Source: Myxococcota bacterium (lineage in GTDB: Bacteria > Myxococcota_A > SURF-8). From it: DNA of 64,000 nt. The stretch is from contig CAXXQS010000002.1 in the NCBI GenBank assembly GCA_963674735.2, positions 2,144,001 through 2,208,000 of the forward strand, given 5' to 3'. The translations under genes and the position numbers were made by a program. The notes under the pieces were generated by a model. That model worked only from the letters and a program-made list of their open reading frames with translations. It made no database searches and was not told where the DNA came from. Of this stretch, positions 8,303 to 18,440 are shown piece by piece; position 1 is the stretch's first letter, and each line of letters begins with the position of its first letter.

Positions 8303-9469
8303 ATGCGTCCGCCCAGCGACAACCACGATCGCGCCCTGATGCGCCGCGCCCTCAAGCTTGCGCGCCGAGGAGCGGGATTCGTGTCGCCCAACCCGCTGGT
8401 GGGGGCCGTCATCGCGAAAAACGGGCGTGTCGTGGCCGAAGGCTACCACCATGCCTGCGGCGACGATCATGCCGAGGTGGATGCCCTCAAGAAACTCGAT
8501 TTCAAGGCCCCCGGCCTCGATTTATACGTAACTCTGGAGCCCTGCGTTCATCACGGCCACACTCCGCCCTGCACCGACGCCATCATCCGCGCCGGAATCC
8601 GGCGGGTCTGCGTGGCCATGGTCGACCCCAATCCGTTGGTGGCCGGAAAAGGCATCGCGAAACTGCGCCGGGCCGGTATCGAGGTCGAAGTCGGGCTTTT
8701 AGAAAACGATGCTCGGCGGCTCAACGAAGCGTTTATTTGCTTCATCAGCGCCCGCCGTCCTTTCGTGGTGGCCAAGGCCGCCCTGAGCCTCGATGGTCGG
8801 ATCGCTACCGCATCCGGTGACAGCGGCCAGAAAAGCGGCGGTATTTCGTCCCCCGAAGCCCATCGCTACGTGCAGGGGCTGCGGCATGATCTGGACGCCA
8901 TTCTGGTTGGGGCGGGCACCGTCACAGCCGACAACCCGCGCCTGACCTGCCGCCTCAATGGGCGTGTGCGTCAACCCCTGCGCATCGTGCTCGACGGCCA
9001 GGGGCTTTCGTCTCCGCAAGCGCAGGTGTTCGATAGCGCCGCCGCGCCCACTCTGGTGGCCACGACCCGCACCGCTTCGGCCGAGTGGCGCAAAGCCGTT
9101 TCTGCAAAAGGGGCGGAAGTGGTCGTTTTCAAAGGAAGAAAAGGTCGTTTGGATGTGCGCGACCTGTTGATGGAACTGGGTCGCCGCTGCATCGGCTCGC
9201 TGCTGGTGGAAGGCGGCGGACAGATTCTGGCGGCCTTTCTGGCAGCCGACTGCATCGACCGCCTCGATCTTCTCTATGCCCCGCGTCTGATCGGGGCGCT
9301 GGGTGTTCCGCTGATCGATACCGCGGGTCAGGCGACGCTGAGCGAGGCCTGGCGGCTCTCGCCGGGCCGTACGCGTCATTTGGGCCGCGATCTTCTGGTG
9401 CAGAGTTATCCGGAATCGCCGTGGATGGCGACGCCAGCGGCAGGAGGCCAGACATGTTTACCGGGCTGA
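8303..9469 (+). CDS. ribD: Riboflavin biosynthesis deaminase/reductase
   Basis: PNPLVGAV, HAE, TLEPCVH..TPPC, SLDGRIA and LLVEGG motifs. Confidence 0.96.
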   Translation: MRPPSDNHDRALMRRALKLARRGAGFVSPNPLVGAVIAKNGRVVAEGYHHACGDDHAEVDALKKLDFKAPGLDLYVTLEPCVHHGHTPPCTDAIIRAGIRRVCVAMVDPNPLVAGKGIAKLRRAGIEVEVGLLENDARRLNEAFICFISARRPFVVAKAALSLDGRIATASGDSGQKSGGISSPEAHRYVQGLRHDLDAILVGAGTVTADNPRLTCRLNGRVRQPLRIVLDGQGLSSPQAQVFDSAAAPTLVATTRTASAEWRKAVSAKGAEVVVFKGRKGRLDVRDLLMELGRRCIGSLLVEGGGQILAAFLAADCIDRLDLLYAPRLIGALGVPLIDTAGQATLSEAWRLSPGRTRHLGRDLLVQSYPESPWMATPAAGGQTCLPG

Positions 9470-10089
9470 TCGAAAATGTGGGGAAACTCAAAGGGATCGA
9501 ACGCCAAACCGACGGCCTGGTAGTGGAGATCGCCACCGCCATTCCCACCGGGGAACTGGCCATCGGCGACTCGGTCGCCTGCGACGGCGCTTGTCTGACG
9601 GTGGTGGCCACCACGGCGACGACTTTCAAAGCCGAACTCTCCCACGAAACCGTGGCGCGTACGAGCTGGAAAACCGCCGCCGTCGGTCGTCCGGTCAACC
9701 TGGAGCGCGCCCTCAAGCTCGGCGACCGCCTGGGCGGACACATCGTCAGCGGTCACATCGACGCGGTGGGACGGGTGGCGCGGTGCAATCCGCGCGGTCG
9801 CGCCCTCGACATCGTTATTCATTGCGAACACGAGATTCTGCGTTATATTGTCGAGAAGGGTTCGATCGCCATCGACGGCATCAGCCTGACCGTCAACACG
9901 GTGGATACGCAAGGTTTTCAGATTACCTTGATCCCCCACTCCCAAGGTGCAACCACGCTGGCCGACAAGCGGCCCGGCGATGTCGTCAACCTGGAGGCGG
10001 ATGTTTTAGGTAAGTATGTGGAAAAACTCATCATGAAGGACGGCAAAATCGACCGCACCTTCTTGGCCGAACACGGCTTTCTCAAATAA
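9454..10089 (+). CDS. ribE: Riboflavin synthase alpha chain
   Basis: MFTGLIE N-terminus; VNLERAL..RLGGHIVSGH; KGSIAIDGISLTVN. Confidence 0.97.
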   Translation: MFTGLIENVGKLKGIERQTDGLVVEIATAIPTGELAIGDSVACDGACLTVVATTATTFKAELSHETVARTSWKTAAVGRPVNLERALKLGDRLGGHIVSGHIDAVGRVARCNPRGRALDIVIHCEHEILRYIVEKGSIAIDGISLTVNTVDTQGFQITLIPHSQGATTLADKRPGDVVNLEADVLGKYVEKLIMKDGKIDRTFLAEHGFLK

Positions 10090-10102
10090 GCGGAGTTAAA
10101 CG

Positions 10103-11389
10103 ATGGACACCCAAGCAGTGGAACTCGCAATCGAACGGATACGCGAAGGCCGTATGGTCATTATGGTTGACGATGAAGACCGCGAAAACGAAGGTGATTT
10201 CGTTTTAGCGGCCGAGTTCACCACCCCTGAAGACATCAATTTCATGGCCACGCACGGTCGTGGTCTGATCTGCTTGTCGATGGATCTCAACCACGCCAAG
10301 CAGGTGGGGCTGACTCCCATGGTGCCGGCCGACCTCAACCGCGCCCGCTTCAACACCAATTTCACCGTCAGTATCGAGGCGGCTCGCGGCGTCACCACCG
10401 GCATCTCGGCGGCCGACCGCGCCACGACGATTCTCGCTGCCATCGCCGATGACGCCGCTCCCGAAGATATCGTCTCACCGGGGCATGTTTTCCCGATCGT
10501 AGCCCGCGAAGGCGGCGTGCTGGTGCGTACCGGACAAACCGAAGGCTCGGTGGATCTGGCACGTCTGGCCGACCTGAAACCGGCGGGTGTGATTTGCGAA
10601 ATCATGAATGAAGACGGCACCATGGCGCGTCGTCCGCAGCTTGAGATCGTATCCAAAAAATTCGACATTCCCATCGTTTCGGTGGCGGAGATCATCGCCT
10701 ACCGCATGCGCAAAGACCGCCTGATCCGGCGGGCCGCCGAATCCCGTCTGCCCACCGAGTTCGGCGGGGAATTCCGCGTCATTGCTTACGAAAACGATGT
10801 CGATAAGAAATCGCATCTGGCGCTGGTGAAGGGCGACGTCAACGACGGTAAACCGGTTTTGGTGCGCGTGCACTCCGAGTGCCTGACGGGCGACGTCTTC
10901 GGCAGCCTGCGCTGCGATTGCGGTCCGCAACTGCACGAGGCCATGCGTATGATCGAGCGCGAAGGCCATGGCGTCATTCTGTATTTGCGCCAGGAAGGCC
11001 GCGGCATCGGCATCGTCAACAAGATCCGCGCCTATCATTTGCAGGAGAACGGTGCCGATACGGTGGAAGCCAACATCAAGCTGGGCTTCAAGGAAGATTT
11101 GCGCGATTACGGCATCGGCGCGCAGATTCTGGCCGATTTGGGTCTCAAGCAGCTCAAACTGATGACCAACAACCCCAAAAAGGTCGTAGGTCTCGAAGGT
11201 TACGGGATGAAAGTGGTCGAGCGCGTGCCCATCGAAGTGGAACCGCAGCCCTTCAACCTGCGCTATCTGCAAACCAAAAAAGACAAGATGGGTCACAAGC
11301 TGCATTTCGAGGATAACCCGACAGCGGAAGCGACGGCCCAGGCTGAAAGTGAAGCTGAAAAAGCCGATCCCACGGGTTCGGAAGCCTGA
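10103..11389 (+). CDS. ribBA: Bifunctional DHBP synthase / GTP cyclohydrolase II
   Basis: DDEDRENEGD, TTGISAADR, RVHSECLTGD..RCDCG and QEGRGIG motifs. Confidence 0.98.
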   Translation: MDTQAVELAIERIREGRMVIMVDDEDRENEGDFVLAAEFTTPEDINFMATHGRGLICLSMDLNHAKQVGLTPMVPADLNRARFNTNFTVSIEAARGVTTGISAADRATTILAAIADDAAPEDIVSPGHVFPIVAREGGVLVRTGQTEGSVDLARLADLKPAGVICEIMNEDGTMARRPQLEIVSKKFDIPIVSVAEIIAYRMRKDRLIRRAAESRLPTEFGGEFRVIAYENDVDKKSHLALVKGDVNDGKPVLVRVHSECLTGDVFGSLRCDCGPQLHEAMRMIEREGHGVILYLRQEGRGIGIVNKIRAYHLQENGADTVEANIKLGFKEDLRDYGIGAQILADLGLKQLKLMTNNPKKVVGLEGYGMKVVERVPIEVEPQPFNLRYLQTKKDKMGHKLHFEDNPTAEATAQAESEAEKADPTGSEA

Positions 11390-11424
11390 TAGACGGAAAA
11401 GGAACGGATTTTGCCAGAAAATCC

Positions 11425-11453
11425 TTGCGTTTTGCGGTGATGTCATTTAATTT
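11425..11453 (+). promoter_or_regulatory. Putative promoter of tRNA-Ser
   Basis: TTGCGT-17 nt-TAATTT upstream of the tRNA. Confidence 0.45.
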
Positions 11454-11494
11454 TCCACAACTGGATTTCCACCAGCCGGAAATTCGGAAACGTT

Positions 11495-11582
<88 letters not shown>

Positions 11583-11588
11583 GCGATC

Positions 11589-11622
11589 AACGCCGGCCCC
11601 TATGGGGTCGGCGTTTTCGTTT
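11589..11622 (+). terminator. Intrinsic terminator after the tRNA
   Basis: AACGCCGGCCCC-TAT-GGGGTCGGCGTT hairpin followed by a T-rich tail. Confidence 0.7.
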
Positions 11623-11748
11623 GCTTTCCATAACGCCCTGAGTCATTTACACGGAATAATCCCTAACCAACCATGCTCCCAACATAAGCAAATGCTGACA
11701 AAGTCTAGCAGGTTTATCAACATTCACGTCATTCGGTGAGGCTCTCTG

Positions 11749-13332
11749 ATGAAAAACCATGTGTCACTGGAAGAGGTCGGGCTGCAGAATTACAAATCGG
11801 TGTTTCACAACACCCCCATTCCTCTGTTGATGGAAGAAGCGTTGAAGCGCGGCGAAGGCGTTTTGGCTTATAACGGCGCACTGCTGGTGCAGACCGGCGA
11901 ACGTACCGGCCGCTCGCCCAACGACAAGTACGTCGTCAAGCAGGCTCCCTCCTCCGAAAATATCTGGTGGAGCGATATCAATATTCCGACCGATGCGGAA
12001 ACCTTCGATCGCCTGTATGCCAAGGTTTCCACCTACATGCAGGGGCGCGACCTGTTCGTGTTCGACGGTTTTTCCGGGGCCGATCCCAATCACCGGCTGC
12101 CGATTCGTATCGTTTCTCCCATGGCGTGGCACGGAATCTTCTCCGAGACCCTGTTCGTGCGTCCCACTCCCGAGGAACTGGCCGACCATAAGCCGGAATT
12201 CACGGTGGTCATGGCCAACGACTGCTTCATGGACCCGGAAGCGGACGGTATCAATTCGAAGGTGTTCGTAGGTTTGAACTTCGAAAAACGTCTGGTGGTG
12301 ATCGCGGGTAGCGGCTATGCCGGGGAGATCAAAAAATCGATTTTCACCGTCATGAACTACCTGTTGCCCCAGAAGGGCGTCATGACCATGCATTGCTCCG
12401 CCAATCAAGGCGAAGACAAGCGTGTGGCGCTGTTCTTCGGTCTGTCGGGCACCGGCAAGACCACCCTCTCGGCCGATCCGACGCGCCACCTGATCGGGGA
12501 CGACGAACACGGCTGGACCGACGAGGGCGTCTTCAATTTCGAGGGCGGCTGCTATGCCAAGTGCATCAAGCTGAGCCCCGAAAACGAGCCGCAGATCTAC
12601 AACGCCATCCGTTTCGGTTCGGTGCTCGAAAACGTGGATTACGATCCCGATACGCGCAAAGCGGATTACGACAGCGACCGCATTACCGAAAATTCGCGCG
12701 TCACCTATCCGGTGACCTACATTCCCAATTGCATTCTGGAGGGAAAAGGCGGACATCCCTCCGACATCTTCTTCCTCACCGCCGACGCCTTCGGCGTGCT
12801 GCCTCCGATTTCGCGTCTGGACGGCCCGCACGCCATGTACCATTTCCTGTCGGGTTACACGGCCAAACTGGCGGGTACCGAGGCGGGCATCACCGAGCCC
12901 AAAGCCACATTCTCGGCCTGCTTCGGCGAGCCTTTTATGCCCCTTCATCCGGCCAAGTATGCGGAATTGTTGGGTGAACGCATTGCCAAGCACAACGTCC
13001 GCGTGTGGTTGGTCAACACCGGCTGGACCGGCGGTCCCTACGGCGACGGCCACCGCATGTCCATCAAGCACACCCGTGCTTTGTTGAATGCCGCTCTCAC
13101 CGGCCAACTGGACGAAGTGAGCTATCGCAAGGATCCCATTTTCGGTATCGAGGTTCCCGAAAGCTGCCCCGAGGTGCCCAGCGACGTGCTCAACCCGCGT
13201 GACACCTGGAAGGACAAGGCCGCGTACGACAAGAAAGCCGACTACTTGGCGGGTCTGTTCATCGAGAACTTCCGTAAGTATGCGGACCAGGCCGGGGCCG
13301 ATATCCAGGCCGCCTCGCCGCTGCGCAAGTAA
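11749..13332 (+). CDS. pckA: Phosphoenolpyruvate carboxykinase (ATP)
   Basis: TGRSPNDK, FFGLSGTGKTTLS, LIGDDEHGW and NFEGGCYAK motifs. Confidence 0.98.
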   Translation: MKNHVSLEEVGLQNYKSVFHNTPIPLLMEEALKRGEGVLAYNGALLVQTGERTGRSPNDKYVVKQAPSSENIWWSDINIPTDAETFDRLYAKVSTYMQGRDLFVFDGFSGADPNHRLPIRIVSPMAWHGIFSETLFVRPTPEELADHKPEFTVVMANDCFMDPEADGINSKVFVGLNFEKRLVVIAGSGYAGEIKKSIFTVMNYLLPQKGVMTMHCSANQGEDKRVALFFGLSGTGKTTLSADPTRHLIGDDEHGWTDEGVFNFEGGCYAKCIKLSPENEPQIYNAIRFGSVLENVDYDPDTRKADYDSDRITENSRVTYPVTYIPNCILEGKGGHPSDIFFLTADAFGVLPPISRLDGPHAMYHFLSGYTAKLAGTEAGITEPKATFSACFGEPFMPLHPAKYAELLGERIAKHNVRVWLVNTGWTGGPYGDGHRMSIKHTRALLNAALTGQLDEVSYRKDPIFGIEVPESCPEVPSDVLNPRDTWKDKAAYDKKADYLAGLFIENFRKYADQAGADIQAASPLRK

Positions 13333-13355
13333 GGAAGCTTCCCCATATTTAAACG

Positions 13356-13383
13356 AAACCGGGTCCGATGGCCCGGTTTTTTT
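13356..13383 (+). terminator. Intrinsic terminator after pckA
   Basis: AAACCGGG...CCCGGTTT hairpin followed by a T run. Confidence 0.75.
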
Positions 13384-13407
13384 CGTTGGGAAAAGGAGTT
13401 TACGTGG

Positions 13408-14130
13408 CTACGCAAGTGATTGAGTGGCCAGTCCGGATTTGGGACACATGTCATCGAGCGGACAGCTTTCGCAACGGGGGCGCGGCTTGCAGTACGTCGC
13501 GCCCAACGCGACCAGTTGTGCGTGGTAGTCGTTGAAAAGGGCGACATCGAGCGGCAGATGGGTGGTGAAAAAGGCTTGTAAGTGGCGGTAATCGCTTTCC
13601 GGCGGGCACAGCCCGAGGCGTCCGGCGATGCGGCGCGTGTAGGCGTCGCATACGAAGAGCGGACGATCGAAGGCGTAAAGCAGGATGGAGTCGGCGGTTT
13701 CCGGGCCTACTCCGTAGACGGCCAACAGCTTTTCCCGAAAGGTCGCGTCCGTTTCCTCGGCGAAGGCGGAGAAGTTGGAACCGCCTTGCTCCACGAGAAA
13801 TCGGACCAGCGCCTTCAAGCGGCGGGTTTTCAAATTGAAATAGCCTGACGGCTTGATCAGCGAGGCCAATTCCGTATCGTCCAGGGCCATTAATTTCGCA
13901 GGCGATAACGCTCCGGCTGTTTTGAGATTGGCGATGGCTTTTTCGACATTCGACCAGGCGGTATTTTGCGTGAGAACCGCCCCCACGCACACCTCGAAGG
14001 GACTCTCGGCGGGCCACCAGCGGCGCGGACCGAAATGGGCGAGCAGGCGGTCATAAACGGAGCGAACCCGCCGGGTGGTGGCGGGTCCGTTGCGATTTAT
14101 TTGGGGCCTTTTCGCGGAGGCCGCAGACAT
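13408..14130 (-). CDS. Endonuclease III-like HhH-GPD DNA glycosylase with 4Fe-4S motif
   Basis: WWPAESPFEVCVGAVLTQNT, HhH GVGPETADSILLY, CKPRPRCESCPLDDMC; start uncertain. Confidence 0.88.
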   Translation of the reverse strand: MSAASAKRPQINRNGPATTRRVRSVYDRLLAHFGPRRWWPAESPFEVCVGAVLTQNTAWSNVEKAIANLKTAGALSPAKLMALDDTELASLIKPSGYFNLKTRRLKALVRFLVEQGGSNFSAFAEETDATFREKLLAVYGVGPETADSILLYAFDRPLFVCDAYTRRIAGRLGLCPPESDYRHLQAFFTTHLPLDVALFNDYHAQLVALGATYCKPRPRCESCPLDDMCPKSGLATQSLA

Positions 14131-14143
14131 GATAACGGTGTGC

Positions 14144-15349
14144 CTAGCGACCGAAAGCGGAGCCTTGGGCTTTGTTTTCACGTGCTTTGATCTGCCGCAC
14201 CACTTCCAGAATTTCGATTTTGATCATCTCCATTTCTTCGGATTTCATCTTGGCGGCGTCCATGGCCTTGTAAAGCTTGACGAAAGTCGACAGCGCATCT
14301 TCGTTCATATCGGGCGACAGATACTGCGCCCAGGCCTTTTTGTAGAGGATACGGTAGTAGGTTTTACCGGGTTGATAGTATTTAAATGCCAGATCGTAAT
14401 AGTTGACCGCCGTGGTGAAGTGATCGTAGCTGGTGGGGGTTTCGAACTCGAATTCGGCCAGACGGAAATACGTGTCGCCCAGGTAGCGGCTGTTCGGGTA
14501 ATCTTTGATCAATTCCTTGTAAAGGTAAAGGGCGTCTTCGGTCATACCCAGTTCCATCTTGCAGACGGCCATCAGGCGAATGACGCGGTCCATGTACTCG
14601 AATTCGGGGAAGCGCGTGCGAATTTCCTCGGTGGCCGCCAGGATGATTTCGTAGTTCGACTTGAATTCCCGCTGCACCGTCACCGACGGCGTGCCGCTGG
14701 GTTTGGGGGTCTGGACGGGCTCCGGCTCGGCCTTGACATCGGCCTTGGTGTCGGTCGGGGCTTCGGCAGACGCTTCGGCAGACGCTTCGGAAGCGGCTTC
14801 AGGGGTCGCCTCGTCGGCCGGCGCATCGGCGGGCTTTTCGATCGGGGCGGTGGCGGTTTCGATCAACGCCGGGGGCTGTCCGCGCAACCCGTAAAGCTCT
14901 TGGGCCATGAACAGCAGCACGTAAGGATCCCCGTCGTTTTTGAGACTTTCCCGCACCAGAAACAGAAAGGCTTTGCGTAATTCGGCGAGTTCGCTATTGA
15001 GAGCGGCCAGCTTGGTTTGGAAATCCCGATGTGCGGTGTCGATGCGGGCCTGCTTGTTGAGGGCGTCGAGCGGTTCTGTCACCACGGACTGAATGGAGTC
15101 GTCGAGAGACTTTTCCAGCGCCGCCAATTCGGCCGGGTAGCGCAGCAAGGATTTGTGCGCCTGGTAAAGGGCCGGGTCGCTTTCGTTGATTCGTTCGGGA
15201 AATTCAATGAGTTCCGGACGGAATTCATGCGTATACTGCAATCCGGGGGCTTTGATGGCCAGCGCCGTCAGGGGTACAAGCAAGATCAGGGCGGCCAGTA
15301 TCAGGCCCGCCATCCGTTTCCGTTGATTCGTCCACGCTTGGTGTCGCAT
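14144..15349 (-). CDS. Exported TPR-repeat protein with coiled coil and Ala/Pro/Glu linker
   Basis: AAGGAG RBS, signal peptide, LIKDYPNSRYLGDTYFRLAE and LYKKAWAQY TPR-like helices. Confidence 0.7.
   Translation of the reverse strand: MRHQAWTNQRKRMAGLILAALILLVPLTALAIKAPGLQYTHEFRPELIEFPERINESDPALYQAHKSLLRYPAELAALEKSLDDSIQSVVTEPLDALNKQARIDTAHRDFQTKLAALNSELAELRKAFLFLVRESLKNDGDPYVLLFMAQELYGLRGQPPALIETATAPIEKPADAPADEATPEAASEASAEASAEAPTDTKADVKAEPEPVQTPKPSGTPSVTVQREFKSNYEIILAATEEIRTRFPEFEYMDRVIRLMAVCKMELGMTEDALYLYKELIKDYPNSRYLGDTYFRLAEFEFETPTSYDHFTTAVNYYDLAFKYYQPGKTYYRILYKKAWAQYLSPDMNEDALSTFVKLYKAMDAAKMKSEEMEMIKIEILEVVRQIKARENKAQGSAFGR
14760..14800. repeat. 12-nt tandem repeat (~3 copies) encoding an EASA linker
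   Basis: gcttcggcagac gcttcggcagac gcttcggaagcg. Confidence 0.7.
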
Positions 15350-15592
15350 CGCCACTCCTTCTCGATTCATCCACCCCGTAAACCGAAACCGCTCGCCGGT
15401 GCATCGGGGAGCGCACCAGTGTAAGCTTGGTAGATTCTCCTACAAAGTGGGGCAACGGTAGCATCGGGTCCGGCGCAGTGTCAAGAGTTTTCGGGTCGTT
15501 GAACGGCCAATTCATTAGAAAATCCTTGACCTTGCACCGCCGACGCAGGTAGCTTGGCGTGAGTTGCGAAATCGGATGTCAAGGAGGCAATT

Positions 15593-15970
15593 ATGCCGCG
15601 TGGTTTATCCGTCGTGTTGGTACTGCTGCTTTTTCTGACCGCTTTCGCTCCCGAGGCGGCGGCGAAAACCAAGCGGGATTTCGATGTTAATTACGACATC
15701 CTCTATTACACCTGCGTGCGCCTGATCCGTGTCGACATGAACTGGAAGATTGTCGACAAGGATAAGGAAGCGGGCTACATCCTGTTCGAGTTCAGCGCCA
15801 AAGACATCCCGCCCACGCGCGCGTCGGTGGAATTGCTGCGTTCCGCCGCCCCTGCCAAAAAGAACGCGCCGGATCCGATCACCGTGCAGGTGACTGTCGG
15901 TGCCGCCAGCAGCATCGAAGAGCGCATGTTCTTATCCGATCTATCGAAGAAACTCAAAGAAGAAAATTAA
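15593..15970 (+). CDS. Small secreted hypothetical protein
   Basis: AGGAGG RBS; clear signal peptide ending AAA; 125 aa. Confidence 0.7.
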   Translation: MPRGLSVVLVLLLFLTAFAPEAAAKTKRDFDVNYDILYYTCVRLIRVDMNWKIVDKDKEAGYILFEFSAKDIPPTRASVELLRSAAPAKKNAPDPITVQVTVGAASSIEERMFLSDLSKKLKEEN

Positions 15971-15994
15971 GCCGCGCTCGTTTGTCGACCGTTT

Positions 15995-18229
15995 TCACGG
16001 TGTGGGCTTGGGGAGCGTTTGGCCCATCAATCCCGCCGCGCGATAGAGGCCGACGGTCAGTGTGGCGCGTGGTGGATACCAGTGGAACGCACCCTCCGGC
16101 TCGGCGTTGGGCGCTTCCCATTCCCAAACCGGTTCGAGTTGGATGGACCTGCGCACGCGCTGACAGGCCGGGTGCAGGTAGTCGCGACCCGCCTCGCTGG
16201 GCGATTGACCCGCCCCGGTCAGCGAGTCGTGCAAAAGGGTGTAGCAGCGCATGCCGAGGTAGATGTAACTCGATTGATCCACGCTTCCACGACGGGCGGC
16301 GTTCAGCCAGGCATCCAGCCCCATGGTTCGGACTTGCGAGGGAAGAAGATAATCGGGGTAATCGTAAAATAGGCCCCACACCTGCGGATCGTCCTCCGCT
16401 TCCAGGCGCGCCAGCACGACCGGTGCGTCAGGCAGGTGGGCGATTGCCTGTTCCAGTGCCTGGTGTTCGTGATCGGGATTGGTCGGCCGCCACAGATTGA
16501 AAGCGGGGGGCAGCAGAGACAAAATCCAAATGGCTACCCACAAAGCCGGATGCCGCCAGATTTTCGGCGCTTGTGTTTGTCGCCGCCACCCTTCGAGCAG
16601 GCCCAGTGCCGCGACTGCACACAGGAAGTAAGCCGCCGGAACGTGCAGGCGCGGAAGCGAGGGGGGAGTCATATCCACGAAGTACGGGGCGAAAAAAACG
16701 CAGGATACAAGAAGCAGGCCGACCAGCCTCCGCCGTTCCGTGACGGGAGCCCATAGCCAGGCGGCCAGCCAGAAAAGCGGATACACGATGGGGGTTGCGT
16801 CGGGGCGCAGAAAGAGGTTGTGCGGCGTGATGAATTTCAGCACTCCGCTCAAGATATACCCAATGCCGCTGATCTGGTTCTGTTCGCCTTCGATAGCCCA
16901 GAACACGGCTAGATAGGCCAGATGCGGCAGCAGTAGCAGAAACAGTCCCGCCGTACTCAACCAGAGGCGGCGCGCCGAAACGACCGGCCGTTTGTTGGGG
17001 AGACGGAAAAATTCAAGCAGGCTCAGGCTGAGCGGAACGAAGAAAAGAAACAGCGGGCGTGAAACAGTGGTGAAGCCGAAGGCCGCCACCGCGAACAGAA
17101 AGGCCGTCCACGTGTTTTTACGGCGTGCCTGCTCCCAGTGCCACAGTCCGACGAAAAAGGCGAAAAGTGCCGGAATCAAATTGCTTTCCGAGTTGTGGTC
17201 TTTGAGCAGAAGCGGGTGCAGGGCCAGCAGCGCCAGCATGGCCAGACCGCTTCCCGGTCGGAGTGTGTAGCGGCGCAGCCAGGCGGCGGCGATCAACGTG
17301 GTGGCCCAGCCGAGCCAGGTATTGATCGTCAGCAGCCACGCGCCTCCACCCGGAAGCAGAGCGATCAGGCTGTGATATAGAACAGGCGCGCCCGCTCCAT
17401 AGCGTTTGAGTTGCACGATATCCAGTGCTTGTTCGATCAGGGCGTAGCCGCTATAGGCCATCACGAAACGATGCGGGATCATCAGCCGCAGTATCAGTCC
17501 AAAAAGCGCCAGACCGATCAGTCCGATCTGCACGCGACGCCCGAGGCTTTGCCAGTCTTTTCTGTTCTGGAGCGGCAGCGCGATCACGGCCGCGAGGAGT
17601 CCCAGCATGAAAAGCCAGGCCAGAGTCCGTTCGGCGGTGTCGAGGGGCCGCCAGCGGTCCGGTGTGAGCCACGGGGGAGCGCCGTCGGGGAGTTGCAACG
17701 GTGCAAGATCCGTTGGAGATGTCTCGGGGGACGGCGGTCCGCGGGGTGCTGGAGTGGCTGGGCGATGCGCCAGCGGGGACAATCCCGCCTCGTTGGTCCG
17801 GATACGGGCTAGGAGTTCTTTTAACAGGGTTTCCATTGCCGGAGTGAGGGTCATCCCCGGTTTGCCCATTTTGACGATCAGGTTGAAGTTTTGGGTGCGA
17901 GCATAGGCTCCTTGGTTATCGTCACGTGCGATCAGTTGCAGGTGCAGATCGGATGCGCCTGCCTGCTCTGTCGAAAAAAAACAGTCGATCCGCCACGTTT
18001 CGCCATCACTAGCCGTCAGTTTCCAGTCGCCTATGCGACCCGTGAAAGCTCCCTGCGAATCGCTGAGGAGAGTCTTGGCTGTGGGGACGTTCGGGGTTAC
18101 AGGGGACGGGGTGTTTTCGGTCTGGGCGCAGAGGGTTGGCATCCAAAGCAGCCACAAGCACCACACCCCGATTGCGACCCGGCGGCAGCGATGTAAATCG
18201 GTGAAAAGGACGCAGGTTTCTGCGGACAT
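15995..18229 (-). CDS. Large polytopic membrane protein, possibly a GT-C fold glycosyltransferase
   Basis: Signal peptide, soluble N-domain, roughly a dozen hydrophobic helices with a large early loop, soluble C-domain; start may be 18229 or 18316. Confidence 0.55.
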   Translation of the reverse strand: MSAETCVLFTDLHRCRRVAIGVWCLWLLWMPTLCAQTENTPSPVTPNVPTAKTLLSDSQGAFTGRIGDWKLTASDGETWRIDCFFSTEQAGASDLHLQLIARDDNQGAYARTQNFNLIVKMGKPGMTLTPAMETLLKELLARIRTNEAGLSPLAHRPATPAPRGPPSPETSPTDLAPLQLPDGAPPWLTPDRWRPLDTAERTLAWLFMLGLLAAVIALPLQNRKDWQSLGRRVQIGLIGLALFGLILRLMIPHRFVMAYSGYALIEQALDIVQLKRYGAGAPVLYHSLIALLPGGGAWLLTINTWLGWATTLIAAAWLRRYTLRPGSGLAMLALLALHPLLLKDHNSESNLIPALFAFFVGLWHWEQARRKNTWTAFLFAVAAFGFTTVSRPLFLFFVPLSLSLLEFFRLPNKRPVVSARRLWLSTAGLFLLLLPHLAYLAVFWAIEGEQNQISGIGYILSGVLKFITPHNLFLRPDATPIVYPLFWLAAWLWAPVTERRRLVGLLLVSCVFFAPYFVDMTPPSLPRLHVPAAYFLCAVAALGLLEGWRRQTQAPKIWRHPALWVAIWILSLLPPAFNLWRPTNPDHEHQALEQAIAHLPDAPVVLARLEAEDDPQVWGLFYDYPDYLLPSQVRTMGLDAWLNAARRGSVDQSSYIYLGMRCYTLLHDSLTGAGQSPSEAGRDYLHPACQRVRRSIQLEPVWEWEAPNAEPEGAFHWYPPRATLTVGLYRAAGLMGQTLPKPTP

Positions 18230-18440
18230 GGAACGGGTCTCCCGGCTTGGGCCGTTGGTGTGTGGCGATGCTATCAAAAGGGGGCCGGTGGCGTCAAACA
18301 ATTCGAAAATCTTCATGTTTTCCGGTTTTCAATTCCGTCCCGACTCCGGGAATAATAATCACAAAATCGGTCTCTATTTTAAGGGCTTATCTGAAATTGA
18401 TACAAAGGCGCAATCATTCTTTGGCAAGGAGTGCATTATC

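Noticed and set aside
11764-13107. Long antisense ORFs (also 10475-11446, 19405-20445, 26710-28188, 49740-51356, 51513-52799, 57882-59075)
   Set aside because: Shadow ORFs opposite well-supported genes, expected from high-GC codon bias; no motifs.
18348-18366. Fur-box-like sequence upstream of sufC (gggaataataatcacaaaa)
   Set aside because: Only about 12/19 match to the Fur consensus in an AT-rich spacer; too weak to call.
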